Below, piece after piece: positions 19,228-30,328 of a stretch of 64,000 nucleotides of DNA. Under the pieces are notes generated by a model. It made no database searches. It had not been told where the DNA came from and saw only the letters and a program-made list of their open reading frames with translations. The first letter of the stretch is position 1, and every line of letters starts with the position of its first letter. The translations under genes and the position numbers were made by a program. The DNA comes from an uncultured Chlamydiae bacterium (GTDB lineage: Bacteria > Chlamydiota > Chlamydiia > Chlamydiales > SM23-39), in assembly GCA_963828125.1 (NCBI GenBank), contig CAWHDP010000001.1, positions 256,001-320,000 on the forward strand, read 5' to 3'.

Positions 19228-20123
19228 AGGGAGAAAATGTAGAGTTCCTGATCTCTCGATACAAGGAACTGGTGAGTTTTCAAGAAGCTCATTTCGTCCT
19301 GATTGCTCATGAAGATGCAATGGTTGCGACGGTTTTTAAAATCACGCAGCCCAATGGCGCAGAGTTCATTCTTAAAATATGCTCTCGCGATGGGGACTAC
19401 TATCGGGAAGCCCATTTTTTGCATCATTTTCATGAGAAAATTCCGACGCCTCGCGTCATTCAGCTCATTCCTCCAAAAAACGATCTGCATGGAGCCATTC
19501 TCATGGAATTTTTACCTGGGAAATTGCTTAACACAGAGGTACTGACTGATGAGCTTTGCTATGAAATAGGCTCTCTTCTTGGCACTATTCATCTCGATTC
19601 AGTTAAAGGTTATGGAGACCTCACTGAGCCTGGGCAACTATCCTCCGATCCTCGAATTCCTTTCACACTAAAATTTGAAGAAGGAATGAACGAATGTCGA
19701 GATCATTTGCCTTCCAGTCTCTTCGAGAAATGTCGCCGATATTATGACAGTCACATCGATCTTTTGCTTGAGACAGACGGCCCTTGCGTTATACATCGCG
19801 ATTTTCGACCAGGTAACCTCATCGTTGATCATGGAAAGATCCAAGGAATTATTGATTGGTCTTCAGCTCGTGGGGGATTTGCTGAGGAAGATTTTTGTCC
19901 TCTGGAATTCGGCGAATGGTCCACCCACGCGTCTTATAAACAATCATTTTTAGGTGGTTATGCTAAAATCAGAAAGATTCCCGATTATCACCGCATCCTA
20001 CCTCTCTTGCGCTTAAGCAGAGCTATTGGGGCGATTGGGTTCACAGTCAAGCGCGGAACCTGGGAGCATAAAGGCTCAAAGATTTATCAATTTAATCGTC
20101 AATATCTTGAGAAGAACCTGTGA
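19224..20123 (+). CDS. Aminoglycoside phosphotransferase family kinase
   Basis: LKI, LMEFLPG, HRDFRPGN and IIDW motifs. Confidence 0.88.
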   Translation: MKGENVEFLISRYKELVSFQEAHFVLIAHEDAMVATVFKITQPNGAEFILKICSRDGDYYREAHFLHHFHEKIPTPRVIQLIPPKNDLHGAILMEFLPGKLLNTEVLTDELCYEIGSLLGTIHLDSVKGYGDLTEPGQLSSDPRIPFTLKFEEGMNECRDHLPSSLFEKCRRYYDSHIDLLLETDGPCVIHRDFRPGNLIVDHGKIQGIIDWSSARGGFAEEDFCPLEFGEWSTHASYKQSFLGGYAKIRKIPDYHRILPLLRLSRAIGAIGFTVKRGTWEHKGSKIYQFNRQYLEKNL

Positions 20124-20211
20124 AAATGATCACGCATCGTCGCGTACTAAAATATCTTCTTCGAGATAAGACGATCTCCACAAATGTGCTTACGAACTAT
20201 TTTGCTTCTAA

Positions 20212-20371
20212 AATGCCGGAAATTTGCCGGAGTTGCAGATTTCCGGACTTTGATTTAGGTTGACCTCTGTTACCAATATTTCCTAGAAAAAAATCTGAAT
20301 CTCTCTATAGACTTGTGTGAGCAAGGGTGATTTAAGGTCATCTGAAGTACTTGAAGGAAACGGTTCTTCAA
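20212..20371 (+). repeat. Conserved right arm preceding the att core (homologs at 35358, 51422, 52901, ~55035)
   Basis: Paired CGGA 154-155 bp and CTATAGACTT 67 bp upstream of the core. Confidence 0.8.
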
Positions 20372-20418
20372 GACTGTTAATCCATTGGTCGTATGTTCGA
20401 ATCATACACCCGGAGTTT
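20372..20418 (+). repeat. att core copy 2 (tRNA-Asn 3' half)
   Basis: GACTGTTAATCCATTGGTCGTATGTTCGAATCATACACCCGGAGTTT, identical to 7181-7227. Confidence 0.95.
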
Positions 20419-20427
20419 CTGATTTAT

Positions 20428-20461
20428 AGGCACTTAAAGCGCAAGCTCTAAGTGCCTTTTT
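20428..20461 (+). terminator. Intrinsic terminator just after att copy 2
   Basis: AGGCACTTA-AAGC-GCAA-GCTC-TAAGTGCCT followed by a T run. Confidence 0.7.
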
Positions 20462-20710
20462 CATTTCTCTGGCACGTTTTTGGCACAAAGCATCTCACAG
20501 CACATGGCATTAGACAAGCAATCGAATTGACTGGGTTAAAATGAATAAAAATCACCATTTTTTATGGTCAAGTGTGCCAAATTCGTGCCAAATCTCACGA
20601 TCTGTCGTTTAGATATCTATGAATATTATGAAAACAACGTGAGATTAGCAATCTGTTGTTGCTTGCTTTCGAGTCTCTAATCCATAATCGATCCCTTTAA
20701 TTAACAAGAG

Positions 20711-21853
20711 GTGGCTGTGGCTGTTATAGGAAAGAAGAGAAAAAAACACAGAGGAATTCAAGAGCGTGTGGGCAAAAATGGGGTAGTTACTTTCAGAGCG
20801 CAAGTCCGATTGAAGGGGAAATATGTTACGAACAGTGTCGCCACATTGCAAGCGGCGCTAGATTGGATCGAAAAGACGCGGACAGATGTTCGGGCGGGGA
20901 GGATTGCTAGCGAAGAGAAGAAGCAAACATTCGGCGATATGATCGATCGCTACATTCGAGATGTTCTTCCGGCGAAGAAGAAAAGTGAGCCAGCGCAAAA
21001 GGCTCAGCTCCTTTGGTGGAGGAGTCAACTAGGAATCCGTCCGCTCGCTGAGGTCACTTCGGATTTGATCGGGACTCTGCGCGATAAGTTGAGCAGAGGA
21101 ATGACAAAAATGGGGCGTGTTCGTACACCTGCAACGGTTGTGCGATATTTATCCGCGTTGAGTCATGTTTTTTCAATTGCAGTTCGAGAGTGGCAATAGT
21201 TAGACAATTCTCCCATGCGGAACGTTAGAAAGCCTAAAGAGCCACCAGGCATAGTCCGTTTTCTTTCCCCTGACGAGATGGAACGTTTATTAGAGGCTTG
21301 CACTAAGAGTACTAATCCGCTTCTGAAAACGGTTGTGGTTCTTGCGGTATCTACGGGCATGCGGAAGGAGGAGGTGATGAATCTTCGTTGGGCAGATGTT
21401 GATTTGGAGAGAGGGAGAGCCATTCTTCATAAAACCAAAAACGGAGAGCGCAGGGCGGTACCTATTGGTGGTGTCGCTCATCAATTGTTAACAAAATTGA
21501 GGTGCGAGAGCGTTAAGGATGGAGGGTTGCTCTTTCCTAGTAACAGAAATTTGAATTCCTCGATCGATCTGAGGTTTCCTTGGGAGCGGGCGCTCATGAT
21601 CGCTAGGATCGAGAATTTTCGATTTCACGATCTTCGTCACACTGCTGCCTCGTACATGGCAATGAGTGGGGCTAGTTTGCTAGAAATCGCGGAAGTTTTG
21701 GGACACAAAACTCTTTCTATGGTTAAGAGATATGCTCACCTTTGTGAATCGCATACCGCCAAGGTTATGGCACGCATGAACGAGAAGATTTTTGGAGAGG
21801 ATGGAGCGGGGCTCATGTTTCGCCTGCAAAAAGAAGAGGGGCGAAATGAATAA
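20711..21853 (+). pseudogene. Tyrosine integrase of module 2 with an in-frame TAG
   Basis: ORFs 20711-21199 and 21215-21853 are in frame (VREWQ*LDNSP; integrase 1 has QWEWATENP); HDLRH, LGH and KRYAH retained. Confidence 0.9.
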
Positions 21854-22128
21854 TAACTCGATGGATTTTTTTAAAAACAATCTCGAAAGACCGTATTGGG
21901 ATATTTACGAAGCTGGCTGGCTTATTTCTGGGATAAATAGGTTTGGCCTCTTTATTAATGTAGTTGAAAACAATGCGATAGTTCACAAGCTTGGTGTTCC
22001 TCTGGAAATAGAAGATCGCGTGCGAGAAAATGCGCTGAGGTGTGTTTCAAAGATATTTAAAAAAATTTTAGAACAGACGGAGATGTTATCTGGGTTTGAT
22101 TCCTCGATAAAAATAGTCAGGCTGCTTG

Positions 22129-23428
22129 CAGGGCGATTTAACTAAAATTTTTTGATAACAGATCTGGTAACATGGCATAGTAAATACCTCATATTTAAGG
22201 AGGTCCTATGTCACGACGTAAACCGATTGATGCCAAAATCCTAGAAGCCAGTAAGGAATTCGACGCGCATATATTTGCAGAGACTGTCAAGGGGTCGTTT
22301 TTCGATTTCCCTGATTATCGACGCAACCAAAAACGAGTCTTGTACCCCGTTTGGTACCTATCCCTTGTGATTCTCTGCGGGTTCTTTTGCGGATGCAATA
22401 CTATCGAGGAAATTGCCGAATATGCCCATCTACAAGAGGAATGGTTTGCCTCGCTACTAGGAGAACCGGTTTCAGCTCCTTCCCATGGATCGCTTTGGTG
22501 GTTTTTAGTCAAAACACCCCCGAACGCTCTCAAGAGCTATTTACAAAAATGGTTCAGTAAAATTCCTAGTTCATTGCGCGATCAACTGTTGGCGATCGAC
22601 GGCAAAAGACTGAGGGGGGCTAATTTTTTGGGCCGCATTACCCATGTAGTAGAGTTGTTCGCTGCAGAAGATCGTCTATGTCTTGCCGCAGAAAAAGTCC
22701 CCGATAAAACGGTCGAGAAGAGCACACTGCCAATTATTTTGGAGCAGGTGGATGTAGAAGGTGCGATTATTTCGGGCGATGCTCATTTTACCGTACCTGA
22801 ATCAGCAGCAAAAATCGTTGATGCAAAAGCAGATTATCTGTTGGCTGTTAAAGAAAACCAGCCCACTCTTTGCGCTGAGTTGGAAAATTTTTTCGATCAG
22901 GCACATGCAGCCGAATGGGAGGAAATCTCACATTCATTTTACCAGGAAGTCGAAAAAGGTCATGGTCGAATCGATATTCGAGAAGTACGAGTCGTAGAGG
23001 ACTTGGATTGGCTGCCTAATGTTGACAGATGGAAGAACTTGATCTGCCTGGTCGAAGTACGATCCACAAGGCAAAAAACCGGATCAACCGCAAGCGAGAC
23101 GTTAAGACGGCTGTATATTTCGAGTCGTCGAGCATCTGCCAAGCATTTTGCTAAGTGGACCAGGCAGCATTGGCACGTAGAAAACAATTGCCATTGGGTA
23201 GTTGATGTGATCTTTAGAGAGGATGATGTGTTGATGGACAGAGGAAATAGCGCAGAAAATTTGGGGTTGTTTCGTCGCTTAGCTATGAATATGGCTGCAG
23301 TTGCAGATCCGGATAGAGGGCTTGCCTCTGTGAGACGAGCAGCGACTTTCGGTAGCGGATATCTGAAAGGAATATTGGCAAGATTTTTCTGTTCAGGCGT
23401 ATCAAAAAATTTTAGTTAAATCGCCCTG
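22129..23428 (+). mobile_element. ISAs1-family insertion sequence
   Basis: Perfect 29-bp inverted repeats CAGGGCGATTTAACTAAAATTTTTTGATA; 10-bp target duplication AGGCTGCTTG. Confidence 0.95.
22208..23419 (+). CDS. ISAs1-family transposase
   Basis: AIDGKRLRG, SGDAH, VKENQ, GHGRI, HWHVEN..HW..DV.FRED. Confidence 0.94.
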   Translation: MSRRKPIDAKILEASKEFDAHIFAETVKGSFFDFPDYRRNQKRVLYPVWYLSLVILCGFFCGCNTIEEIAEYAHLQEEWFASLLGEPVSAPSHGSLWWFLVKTPPNALKSYLQKWFSKIPSSLRDQLLAIDGKRLRGANFLGRITHVVELFAAEDRLCLAAEKVPDKTVEKSTLPIILEQVDVEGAIISGDAHFTVPESAAKIVDAKADYLLAVKENQPTLCAELENFFDQAHAAEWEEISHSFYQEVEKGHGRIDIREVRVVEDLDWLPNVDRWKNLICLVEVRSTRQKTGSTASETLRRLYISSRRASAKHFAKWTRQHWHVENNCHWVVDVIFREDDVLMDRGNSAENLGLFRRLAMNMAAVADPDRGLASVRRAATFGSGYLKGILARFFCSGVSKNFS

Positions 23429-24231
23429 AGGCTGCTTGGTGCCTATAGGCGCGATGAAATTACAAAAAAAAATCTCATTCTGGAAAACCACGCCTATCTA
23501 ATACCTCCAATGAAAGCCTTAGCTATAGCAGCTACTGAAGGCGTTGTCTTCCCTAGGGAAATTCAAATTGCCTCTGGCGTGTATCAAGATCCAAGAACCG
23601 AAAAAGATAGTCTTACCTGCGGTATTGTCAATACATTGCGGCGATCCGTGGTGTCGCAGTTATTTTGGTATCACAATCCAAGAATGAATATTTCCCAAAT
23701 TTGTCGTGAAATAAGTCGGGTTAGAGACGCTGCGCCCCCTGAATTAAAAAATTATTTAAGTTTTCTTAACGATAGCAAAATGCGGTCGCGGGTAGATGTA
23801 AAAAAAACCACGCCAGTGAGCGACTCTAGCCTTCCGGTTATTCCCGGGGTCATGCGAGAGGAGAAAGGTGCGGTCTTGTTGAATTTTCCTCAGCTAAAAG
23901 TTGTCCTGTCCACACTCGCTTACCTCCTTTCGATCAGGAAAGTGAAGACTTCTTTGGAGTTAATTCATCACCCTCTCGTGGCAATGTACAACCGAAATAA
24001 TAGTCGTACTATCGATTATATTATTAAGTTCTGTTTGCAAAATTACATACATTATTTCGATGAAATCGATTTCTTGGAGAAACAGAAGAAGGATTAAAAA
24101 TTCTTCCCTTATCCATTTTTGACGTTAGGGCAACAAAAAGTGGAGAATTTTCAGTTGTGGGATTTTTGTGTATATAATTCATAACGGCGCAGAACTCTTT
24201 CAAGCGCTGCCTTAAAATGTAGGAAAATTTT

Positions 24232-24501
24232 ATGTTAAATAGTTTTGATTTAGTAACTTCGACGACTACTTCCACAGATCGTTTAATTCCCAATGCTCGT
24301 TGGAATGATTTCTATCCTTGGCCTCCCGAGGGTGGTCGTCGTCATCTTATTGCTCACGCTGAAAAATTGGGTTTTTCTGATGTTTTTGTTAGATGCGGCC
24401 GCCGAATTCTTATTCGCGAAAAAAAGTTTTGGGAAGCGGTCGAGCGCCGAAATCGTGAGCGTTCGGAGAGTCGAAGGTCTACAGATTTATCGTCGAGCTA
24501 A
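24232..24501 (+). CDS. Excisionase/AlpA-like small DNA-binding protein
   Basis: WPP.GGRRHLI...F.RCGRRILIRE..FW; same position as 9467-9661 in module 1. Confidence 0.65.
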   Translation: MLNSFDLVTSTTTSTDRLIPNARWNDFYPWPPEGGRRHLIAHAEKLGFSDVFVRCGRRILIREKKFWEAVERRNRERSESRRSTDLSSS

Positions 24502-24587
24502 AAAAAGGGCTCTCGACTGAGAGCCCATAAACTTTAATAACGCAGTCGTTGATCTAGTACATCAGGCGGCTGCAATAAAAAGGAAAA

Positions 24588-26117
24588 ATGATGTCTACCA
24601 CTTTAACTAACGATACCATTGATAGCAATGGTCAACAATCGAACTTCTCGCGCTCCGAGGCTGATGCTAGGAAGTCCTATGCCGAAGCACAAAACGCACG
24701 CCCAGCCCAGCCAATCCCTCTCAAAAAAGAAACGCCGCCGCCAGAGCCTTACCCATTCGAAGCCTTGGGGCCTATCCTTGGCCCAGCTGCGAGGTGCGTT
24801 CATGAAACCGTAATGGCTCCCGATGCAATCTGTGGACAATCATTTTTGGCAGCAGCTGCGTTAATGGCTCAACCCCACGTTGATATTTTTATTGACGGAC
24901 GTTCCTTCCCTTCTTCTCTCTACTTCATGACTATCTGCGAGACCGGCAGTCGCAAAAGCGCAGCGGATAACTATGCGATGAGGCCCATTGAGACTTACCA
25001 GAAAGCTACATATTCCGACTATCGCCAGAAGCTTGCGACCTATAAAAACGATTACGCCGCATGGAGGAAACAGTGGGAAAAGGCCGTTAAAGATGAAGAT
25101 TCCAAGAAGCTTAAAACCCTTGTGGAGCCCACAGCACCCATATACCCGATGATTATTTGCGAGGAGCCAACCTATCAAGGACTCATTCACGGATTACATC
25201 TCGGGCAGCCAAGCCAAGGGATTTTTTCCGATGAAGCGGGACGAATGATCGGCGGCCACGCAATGAACAGCGACAACTGGCTTATGACTATCAGTGGGCT
25301 AAGCAGTCTTTGGGACGGCAAGCCCATTACTCGTGTTCGTCGGGGAGATGGCAAGGCGGACGAGAGCTACATCCTATATGGGAGGCGGATTTCCGCACAT
25401 CTGATGATGCAGCCTATAGTTTTGCGGTCGATTCAGAAAAACAGGGCATTTTACGAACAGGGATTCATGGCAAGATTCCTTGTCGCATCACCCGATTCTC
25501 TTGCAGGAAGTCGAGCCTATCAGGAGCTAGATGTGACAGATTTTCCTGAGTTTATTAATTATTTGAATCGGTCTTCTCAAATTCTGAATATGAAATTTCC
25601 AGTGAAGAAAGACGATGAACCAAACCAGCTTTCCCCACCCAAGATTTCTCTGTCTCCTGAGGCGAAGAGATGCTGGATGTCGTTTTACAACGAGATAGAA
25701 CGGTCTCTCGGAGCAGATGGAAAGCATCGGCCTGTTCAGGGAATGGCTTGTAAGGCCGCAGATATGGCCTCACGTATTGCTAGCGTAATTGAATTTTTTC
25801 CTAACTATGAAACGCAAGCGATTTCGCTTGAAAATCTCGAGAGGGCGACCATTCTGGAGAAATGGTACCTCCGTGAAGCGTTGCGGATCGAAGAGACCGA
25901 AGCTGTTGATCAAGAGACGGAGAACGCCTCTAAAAAACTGATGTGGATGCAGAGAAAAGTTTCTGAAGGTGGATCACCCGTCTTCACTCTGCGGCAGCTT
26001 TGTCGCGATGGTGCCAACCCTCGCTCTGCGAAAGATGTTCGTAGACTGATGTCGGTCTTGATGGATCATCGTTATCTTAGTTCGAAGTCTAGAGATGAAT
26101 GGACGCTCGAGGGATAA
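24588..26117 (+). CDS. YfjI/DUF3987 family replication helicase-like protein
   Basis: ETGSRKS P-loop, SDEAG, LWDG, R.S..LMMQP and GFMARFL motifs. Confidence 0.85.
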   Translation: MMSTTLTNDTIDSNGQQSNFSRSEADARKSYAEAQNARPAQPIPLKKETPPPEPYPFEALGPILGPAARCVHETVMAPDAICGQSFLAAAALMAQPHVDIFIDGRSFPSSLYFMTICETGSRKSAADNYAMRPIETYQKATYSDYRQKLATYKNDYAAWRKQWEKAVKDEDSKKLKTLVEPTAPIYPMIICEEPTYQGLIHGLHLGQPSQGIFSDEAGRMIGGHAMNSDNWLMTISGLSSLWDGKPITRVRRGDGKADESYILYGRRISAHLMMQPIVLRSIQKNRAFYEQGFMARFLVASPDSLAGSRAYQELDVTDFPEFINYLNRSSQILNMKFPVKKDDEPNQLSPPKISLSPEAKRCWMSFYNEIERSLGADGKHRPVQGMACKAADMASRIASVIEFFPNYETQAISLENLERATILEKWYLREALRIEETEAVDQETENASKKLMWMQRKVSEGGSPVFTLRQLCRDGANPRSAKDVRRLMSVLMDHRYLSSKSRDEWTLEG

Positions 26118-26154
26118 CAGTGGACAGCCGATTTGAGTTTTCTCCTTGGGGGCG

Positions 26155-26367
26155 TGCGACAAATGCGACAAAGGCAAAAATCGAATTTAACATTTTATCT
26201 GTAAGTTTGTTAAGTGTCGCACGTGCTCATTGCGACAGTATGCGACAGTATGCGACGAAATCCACTCCACACATTTTGTCGCATAACTGTCGCATAACCA
26301 TATGCGACACCATAAACATTGAGGAAGAGTAGGTTATGGAATTTGTCGCATTGTCGCATCTGTCGCA
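26155..26367. repeat. Iteron-like TGCGAC(A) cluster, putative replication origin of module 2
   Basis: 12 copies of TGCGAC(A)/TGTCGCA in 213 bp between the helicase and primase genes. Confidence 0.75.
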
Positions 26368-26381
26368 TAGGGGGGTGAAGC

Positions 26382-27389
26382 ATGGATTTGCTTATTCTAG
26401 TTTCTGAGGCAGGTTTGAACCCAAAAAAAATGGCCTCAACCAAAGGCGGAGAATATCATTCCCCTTGCCCGTCTTGCGGCGGAGATGACCGATTCATGTT
26501 TTGGCCTAATACGGGGCGATATTATTGCCGACAATGTAAGCGGCAGGGCGACCCGATTCAGTTTTGCAGGGACTTTCTTGGCATGACCTTCAAAGAGGCA
26601 AAGGATAGGGTGGGCGTTCCCGATAATGGGCGATATGAACGCGTTCAAGAGTTCGAAATTCAGGCGATCAAAGCTCCGACCAGATCTTGGCAGGAAAAGG
26701 CTAATGAGTTCGTAGAAAGCTGTTCTAAACGGCTTCTGATCGATCCTGAAGCCATGGAGTTCATTAAAAACAAATACGGCCTAACACCTGATACGATTTC
26801 TCGCTTCCGCATCGGTTGGAATCCTGAGAAGAAATTTCACAGAAAGTCCGATTGGGGGATTCAGGAGACCGAAAATAGAAAATGGATATGTCTTCCCAAG
26901 GGAATCATCATCCCTTCATTTTGTAGCGCTGCAAGGGTATCCAAAATTAAAATCCGTCGAGAGGAGTGGATTGATGGGGATCAGTACGGAAAGTACCAAG
27001 AAATCGAAGGTAGCTCAAACCAGACCCCTATTTATGGGTTGTGGATGAATGAAGTGGCAATGATCGTCGAGAGCGAATTGGATGCGATGTGTCTTTGCCA
27101 GGAAGTGGGGGAATTTTGTACCTGTGTGGCATTAGGTGGGGCGGCAAAAAGACCAGATGCTATGACCGCCGAATGGTTGAAAACAAGGCGGCTCATTCTT
27201 TACAGCCTGGATTTCGACGACGCTGGCGACAAGGAATATCGCTATTGGGCTTCTACCTTCTCTCAGCTGGGTCGATGGCGTTCCAATTCTCATAAATCTC
27301 CTGCCGATTCTTTTGTATTAGGGGGTGTGATTCTAAAAGATTGGTTCCTCGCGGGTATTGAATTTTGGGAGACGCACAAAAATGGTTAG
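26382..27389 (+). CDS. Primase with P4-alpha-type zinc finger and Toprim-like domain
   Basis: PCPSCGGDDRF...YYCRQC; IVESELDA...LDFDDAG. Confidence 0.85.
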   Translation: MDLLILVSEAGLNPKKMASTKGGEYHSPCPSCGGDDRFMFWPNTGRYYCRQCKRQGDPIQFCRDFLGMTFKEAKDRVGVPDNGRYERVQEFEIQAIKAPTRSWQEKANEFVESCSKRLLIDPEAMEFIKNKYGLTPDTISRFRIGWNPEKKFHRKSDWGIQETENRKWICLPKGIIIPSFCSAARVSKIKIRREEWIDGDQYGKYQEIEGSSNQTPIYGLWMNEVAMIVESELDAMCLCQEVGEFCTCVALGGAAKRPDAMTAEWLKTRRLILYSLDFDDAGDKEYRYWASTFSQLGRWRSNSHKSPADSFVLGGVILKDWFLAGIEFWETHKNG

Positions 27390-28972
27390 CCTCCGCTCGT
27401 ACCAAACCGAATGCCTCGAAGCGATCCACAATGCGAAAGCGCGCGGGATCGCTAGACCCCTAGTCTCGATGGCAACTGGGTTGGGAAAGACGCTTGTCTT
27501 CTCCGCCCTGGCCAAAGAAATGAACCGGCGTACACTCATTGTGGCTCACCGCGATGAATTGATTCGACAGGCTATAGATAAGCTCCAACTGGTTTGGCCC
27601 GAGTCTAGCCCCCTTATCGGGGTTGTCAAAGGAGAGCTTCATCAACCGGACAGCCATATCGTCGTCGCTTCTATTCAATCTGCATCAAGAGAGGGAAGGA
27701 TCATCGACTTGAAGCGGGCGGGGTTCGATTTGCTCATCATTGACGAAGCCCATCATGCCGCCGCACCAACGTACGAACGATTGATTCGTGATCTTGGGTT
27801 TCTTGATAATTCCACAGGTAAGCTTTTGCTCGGAGTGACGGCAACGCCAAAAAGAGGCGATGGGGTCGGACTCTCTTCGATTTTTCAAGAGATCGTCTTC
27901 AGTCGCAGTATTGCGTGGGGGATAAAATCCGGGTATCTCTCTCCTTTGATTGGGCGCAGAATTTCAACTCGCCTGTCCTTGAATGGTGTGCAGACGCAAG
28001 CCGGTGATTTCGTTGCTGCTCAGTTATCTAGGGCTATCAACATACCTGGGCGCAATAAGCTGATCGTTGAGTCCTATGTTCGTTATGCCTCAGATAGGAT
28101 GAAAACGATCGCATTCTGCGCTGACGTAAAGCATTCGCAAGATTTAGCTGAGGCATTTAGAAAAGCCGGAATCTCTTCGGTGGCTATTCATGGTGGAATG
28201 GAAATTGACGAGCGGCGCCATGTCCTCAGTCTGTTTGAGGGCGGAGAAATACGAGTCATTACAAATTGCGCGGTTTTAACTGAAGGATTTGATTCCCCAC
28301 TGGTTGACTCTATTTTGCTTTGCCGACCAACCAAAAGCGAGGGTCTCTATGTTCAGAGTGTGGGACGAGGGACTAGAGTATCTCCCGGGAAAGAAAGATT
28401 GCCTCGTTATCGATTTCGTCGACGCGAGCCGTCATAGCTTGTGTAGCTTTCAAAATTCGTTGGAAGGAGTGCTTGAAGTTCATCAAGAGGACAAGAAAAA
28501 GAAGGCTGACGATCCTGAAGAGCAGATCGCTGTTATTGATGAGCCATGTGGCGCACTGTTTGAGGCTGCGGATGTTCAGGAGATCGACTTTTTCGGACGC
28601 TCGGCCTTCGCTTGGGTTCAGGTCGGCGATACTTGGCATTTGCCTGTAGGGGATCGGCGTGATATTTGGGTGCGTCAGGTTTCAGCTCACGGCTATCGCG
28701 TTGTCTTAAATGATGAGCGACGGGCCGTGCCTCTTACCGAAAGGGAGCTGCCGCTCGCATACGCGCTTGGCGTTGCCGAGGATTGGGTACGCGCTCAAAA
28801 GGTTGATGTCCTCGTGCGAAAGGACGCGTCATGGCGCAGCGATCCAGCTTCGGAAAAACAGATCGCCGCTTTATTGAAATTCGGAATGACCAGTCCCGCC
28901 GGTCTAACCAAAGGAGCGGCTTCAGAACTCTTGCAAGAGAAGTTTTCCAGTCAGAGAGCCGTGAATCGCTAA
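27382..28972 (+). pseudogene. DEAD/DEAH-box SF2 helicase, frameshifted near 28390
   Basis: ATGLGKT, DEAHH, TATP and QSVGRG motifs; the PGK..DCLVIDF continuation is in the +1 frame (28289-28972). Confidence 0.82.
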
Positions 28973-29101
28973 CAATGGCGTTGAAATACCCATAGAATCG
29001 GCTATTGTGCACTATAGTTCGCGGGTTTTTTAGCATGAAACGAAAAAAAATCGATTGTATGATAAAAGAATGGCATTGTGAGCGATTTCTCAGAACCGTT
29101 C

Positions 29102-29479
29102 TCAAGCGTGCAATCTTTTTAGATTTGTGTTCTTCGTGACATGAATCGATGGAATGCTCGCCTTCCCCAAAGTTGGTTTGATCTCAAGATCGCATCCCAG
29201 GCTAATCAGATAATTCATTAATCTCTCGATTGTAAACTCTGATAACAGACCTCTCACAATCCTTGAAACCTTTGGCTGGTCTATCTTCATTAATTTCGCA
29301 GCCTGTGCTTGAGTTAGCTTTCGTTTTTTAATGATCGCTCTAAGCAATAGAGCAAGATCAGATTTTGCATTTGCTTCTTTGGGATTTTTAAATCCAAAAT
29401 CGGCAAATACATTCCCCGAACCAACTTCGTATTCAATGTTCTCAGGAACAGATTCTTTAATTTCTTTTCTTTTTTCCAT
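29102..29479 (-). CDS. XRE/HigA-type HTH antitoxin
   Basis: GSGNVFADFG, TQAQAAKLMKIDQPKVS; overlaps the upstream toxin. Confidence 0.85.
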   Translation of the reverse strand: MEKRKEIKESVPENIEYEVGSGNVFADFGFKNPKEANAKSDLALLLRAIIKKRKLTQAQAAKLMKIDQPKVSRIVRGLLSEFTIERLMNYLISLGCDLEIKPTLGKASIPSIHVTKNTNLKRLHA

Positions 29480-29837
29480 AACGCTCCTTATAAATTTGAT
29501 CTGCCCACTTGATCCTTTGCTCAATCAATTCTTTATCTTCTTTTGGCACTTCTGATCCCTTTTTGCTTTTTTTCTGAAAAATGTGGATCACAAAAACCAC
29601 TTCCCTATAGCGTACTGTGTACACCTCTCTAAATGTAGAATTACGATAATCGCCTACCACTTCAAAAACACCGCTCCCATGATGCCTGTATGGTTTCGCA
29701 TCTTCGTGCGTTTCTCCATTGAGAGCTAGCTTCAAGGCGGTTGAAAATAGATCTTTTACCTCTTGTGGCAGCTTCTCAGCATCCTTCTTTGAAGACCCCA
29801 GGTAAATCAGGTCTCTGTTTTTTTTAGGGTCGCTCAT
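29457..29837 (-). CDS. RelE/HigB (Gp49/DUF891-like) toxin
   Basis: GSSKKD..LP, GVFEV, FR.VYTV, HIFQKKSKKG motifs. Confidence 0.87.
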   Translation of the reverse strand: MSDPKKNRDLIYLGSSKKDAEKLPQEVKDLFSTALKLALNGETHEDAKPYRHHGSGVFEVVGDYRNSTFREVYTVRYREVVFVIHIFQKKSKKGSEVPKEDKELIEQRIKWADQIYKERYGKKKRN

Positions 29838-30328
29838 TCGTATTCCTTATATTCCTATATTATGCCACTACTAGCATAATTTGTCAATGCTTTGTCGTAA
29901 AATTCACGTCATTTTAACTAATGCAACAGTCTTGTTATAAAGGCTTTAAGTGTTAACACACAGTCTCTCTCGTGGCGATGTACCTGTACAGGGAAAACTT
30001 TTGATCAGGCAGACAGGGCCGATAGCGCCTATTAGGCCGGGAAAAGCGACGTGTTGCTTAGCAAAATTGACCGAAAAGGTGAACATCGCCTCTCTCGTTA
30101 TCCAGAAATCCCTAACTACCCTTGTCTTGGATACTCCAAGCCTGATTTTTTCCATCGGATCGGCCACCTGTTTCTCCGTGAGTTTAGGTTTCTCAAGGCG
30201 TAGATTCTGCGAATGAATTTATGGCATAGGATCTTTGCCCATAGTTTCTGTGAAGAAACAATTACTGTTTGCTAAAAACAGTTAACAATGAGATTCTGCG
30301 AAAAGATATAAATAACAGGAGATAATAG

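Larger units (their letters stand above)
7181..20418 (+). mobile_element. Module 1: apparently intact integrative element (int, xis-like, helicase, ori-like region, cargo)
   Basis: Bounded by direct repeats 7181-7227 and 20372-20418; intact integrase immediately after the tRNA. Confidence 0.88.
21846..24097 (+). pseudogene. Hypothetical gene interrupted by ISAs1
   Basis: Removing the IS and one target duplication joins ...KIVRLL-GAYRRDEITKK...MKALAIA in frame. Confidence 0.8.

Noticed and set aside
21197..21199. Programmed readthrough or recoding of TAG in integrase 2
   Set aside because: Other genes here use TAG as a normal stop and the same module has other lesions; a simple nonsense mutation or sequencing error is more likely.
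28380..28400. Programmed frameshift in the SF2 helicase
   Set aside because: A +1 shift is needed, and a small insertion in a decaying element explains it more simply.
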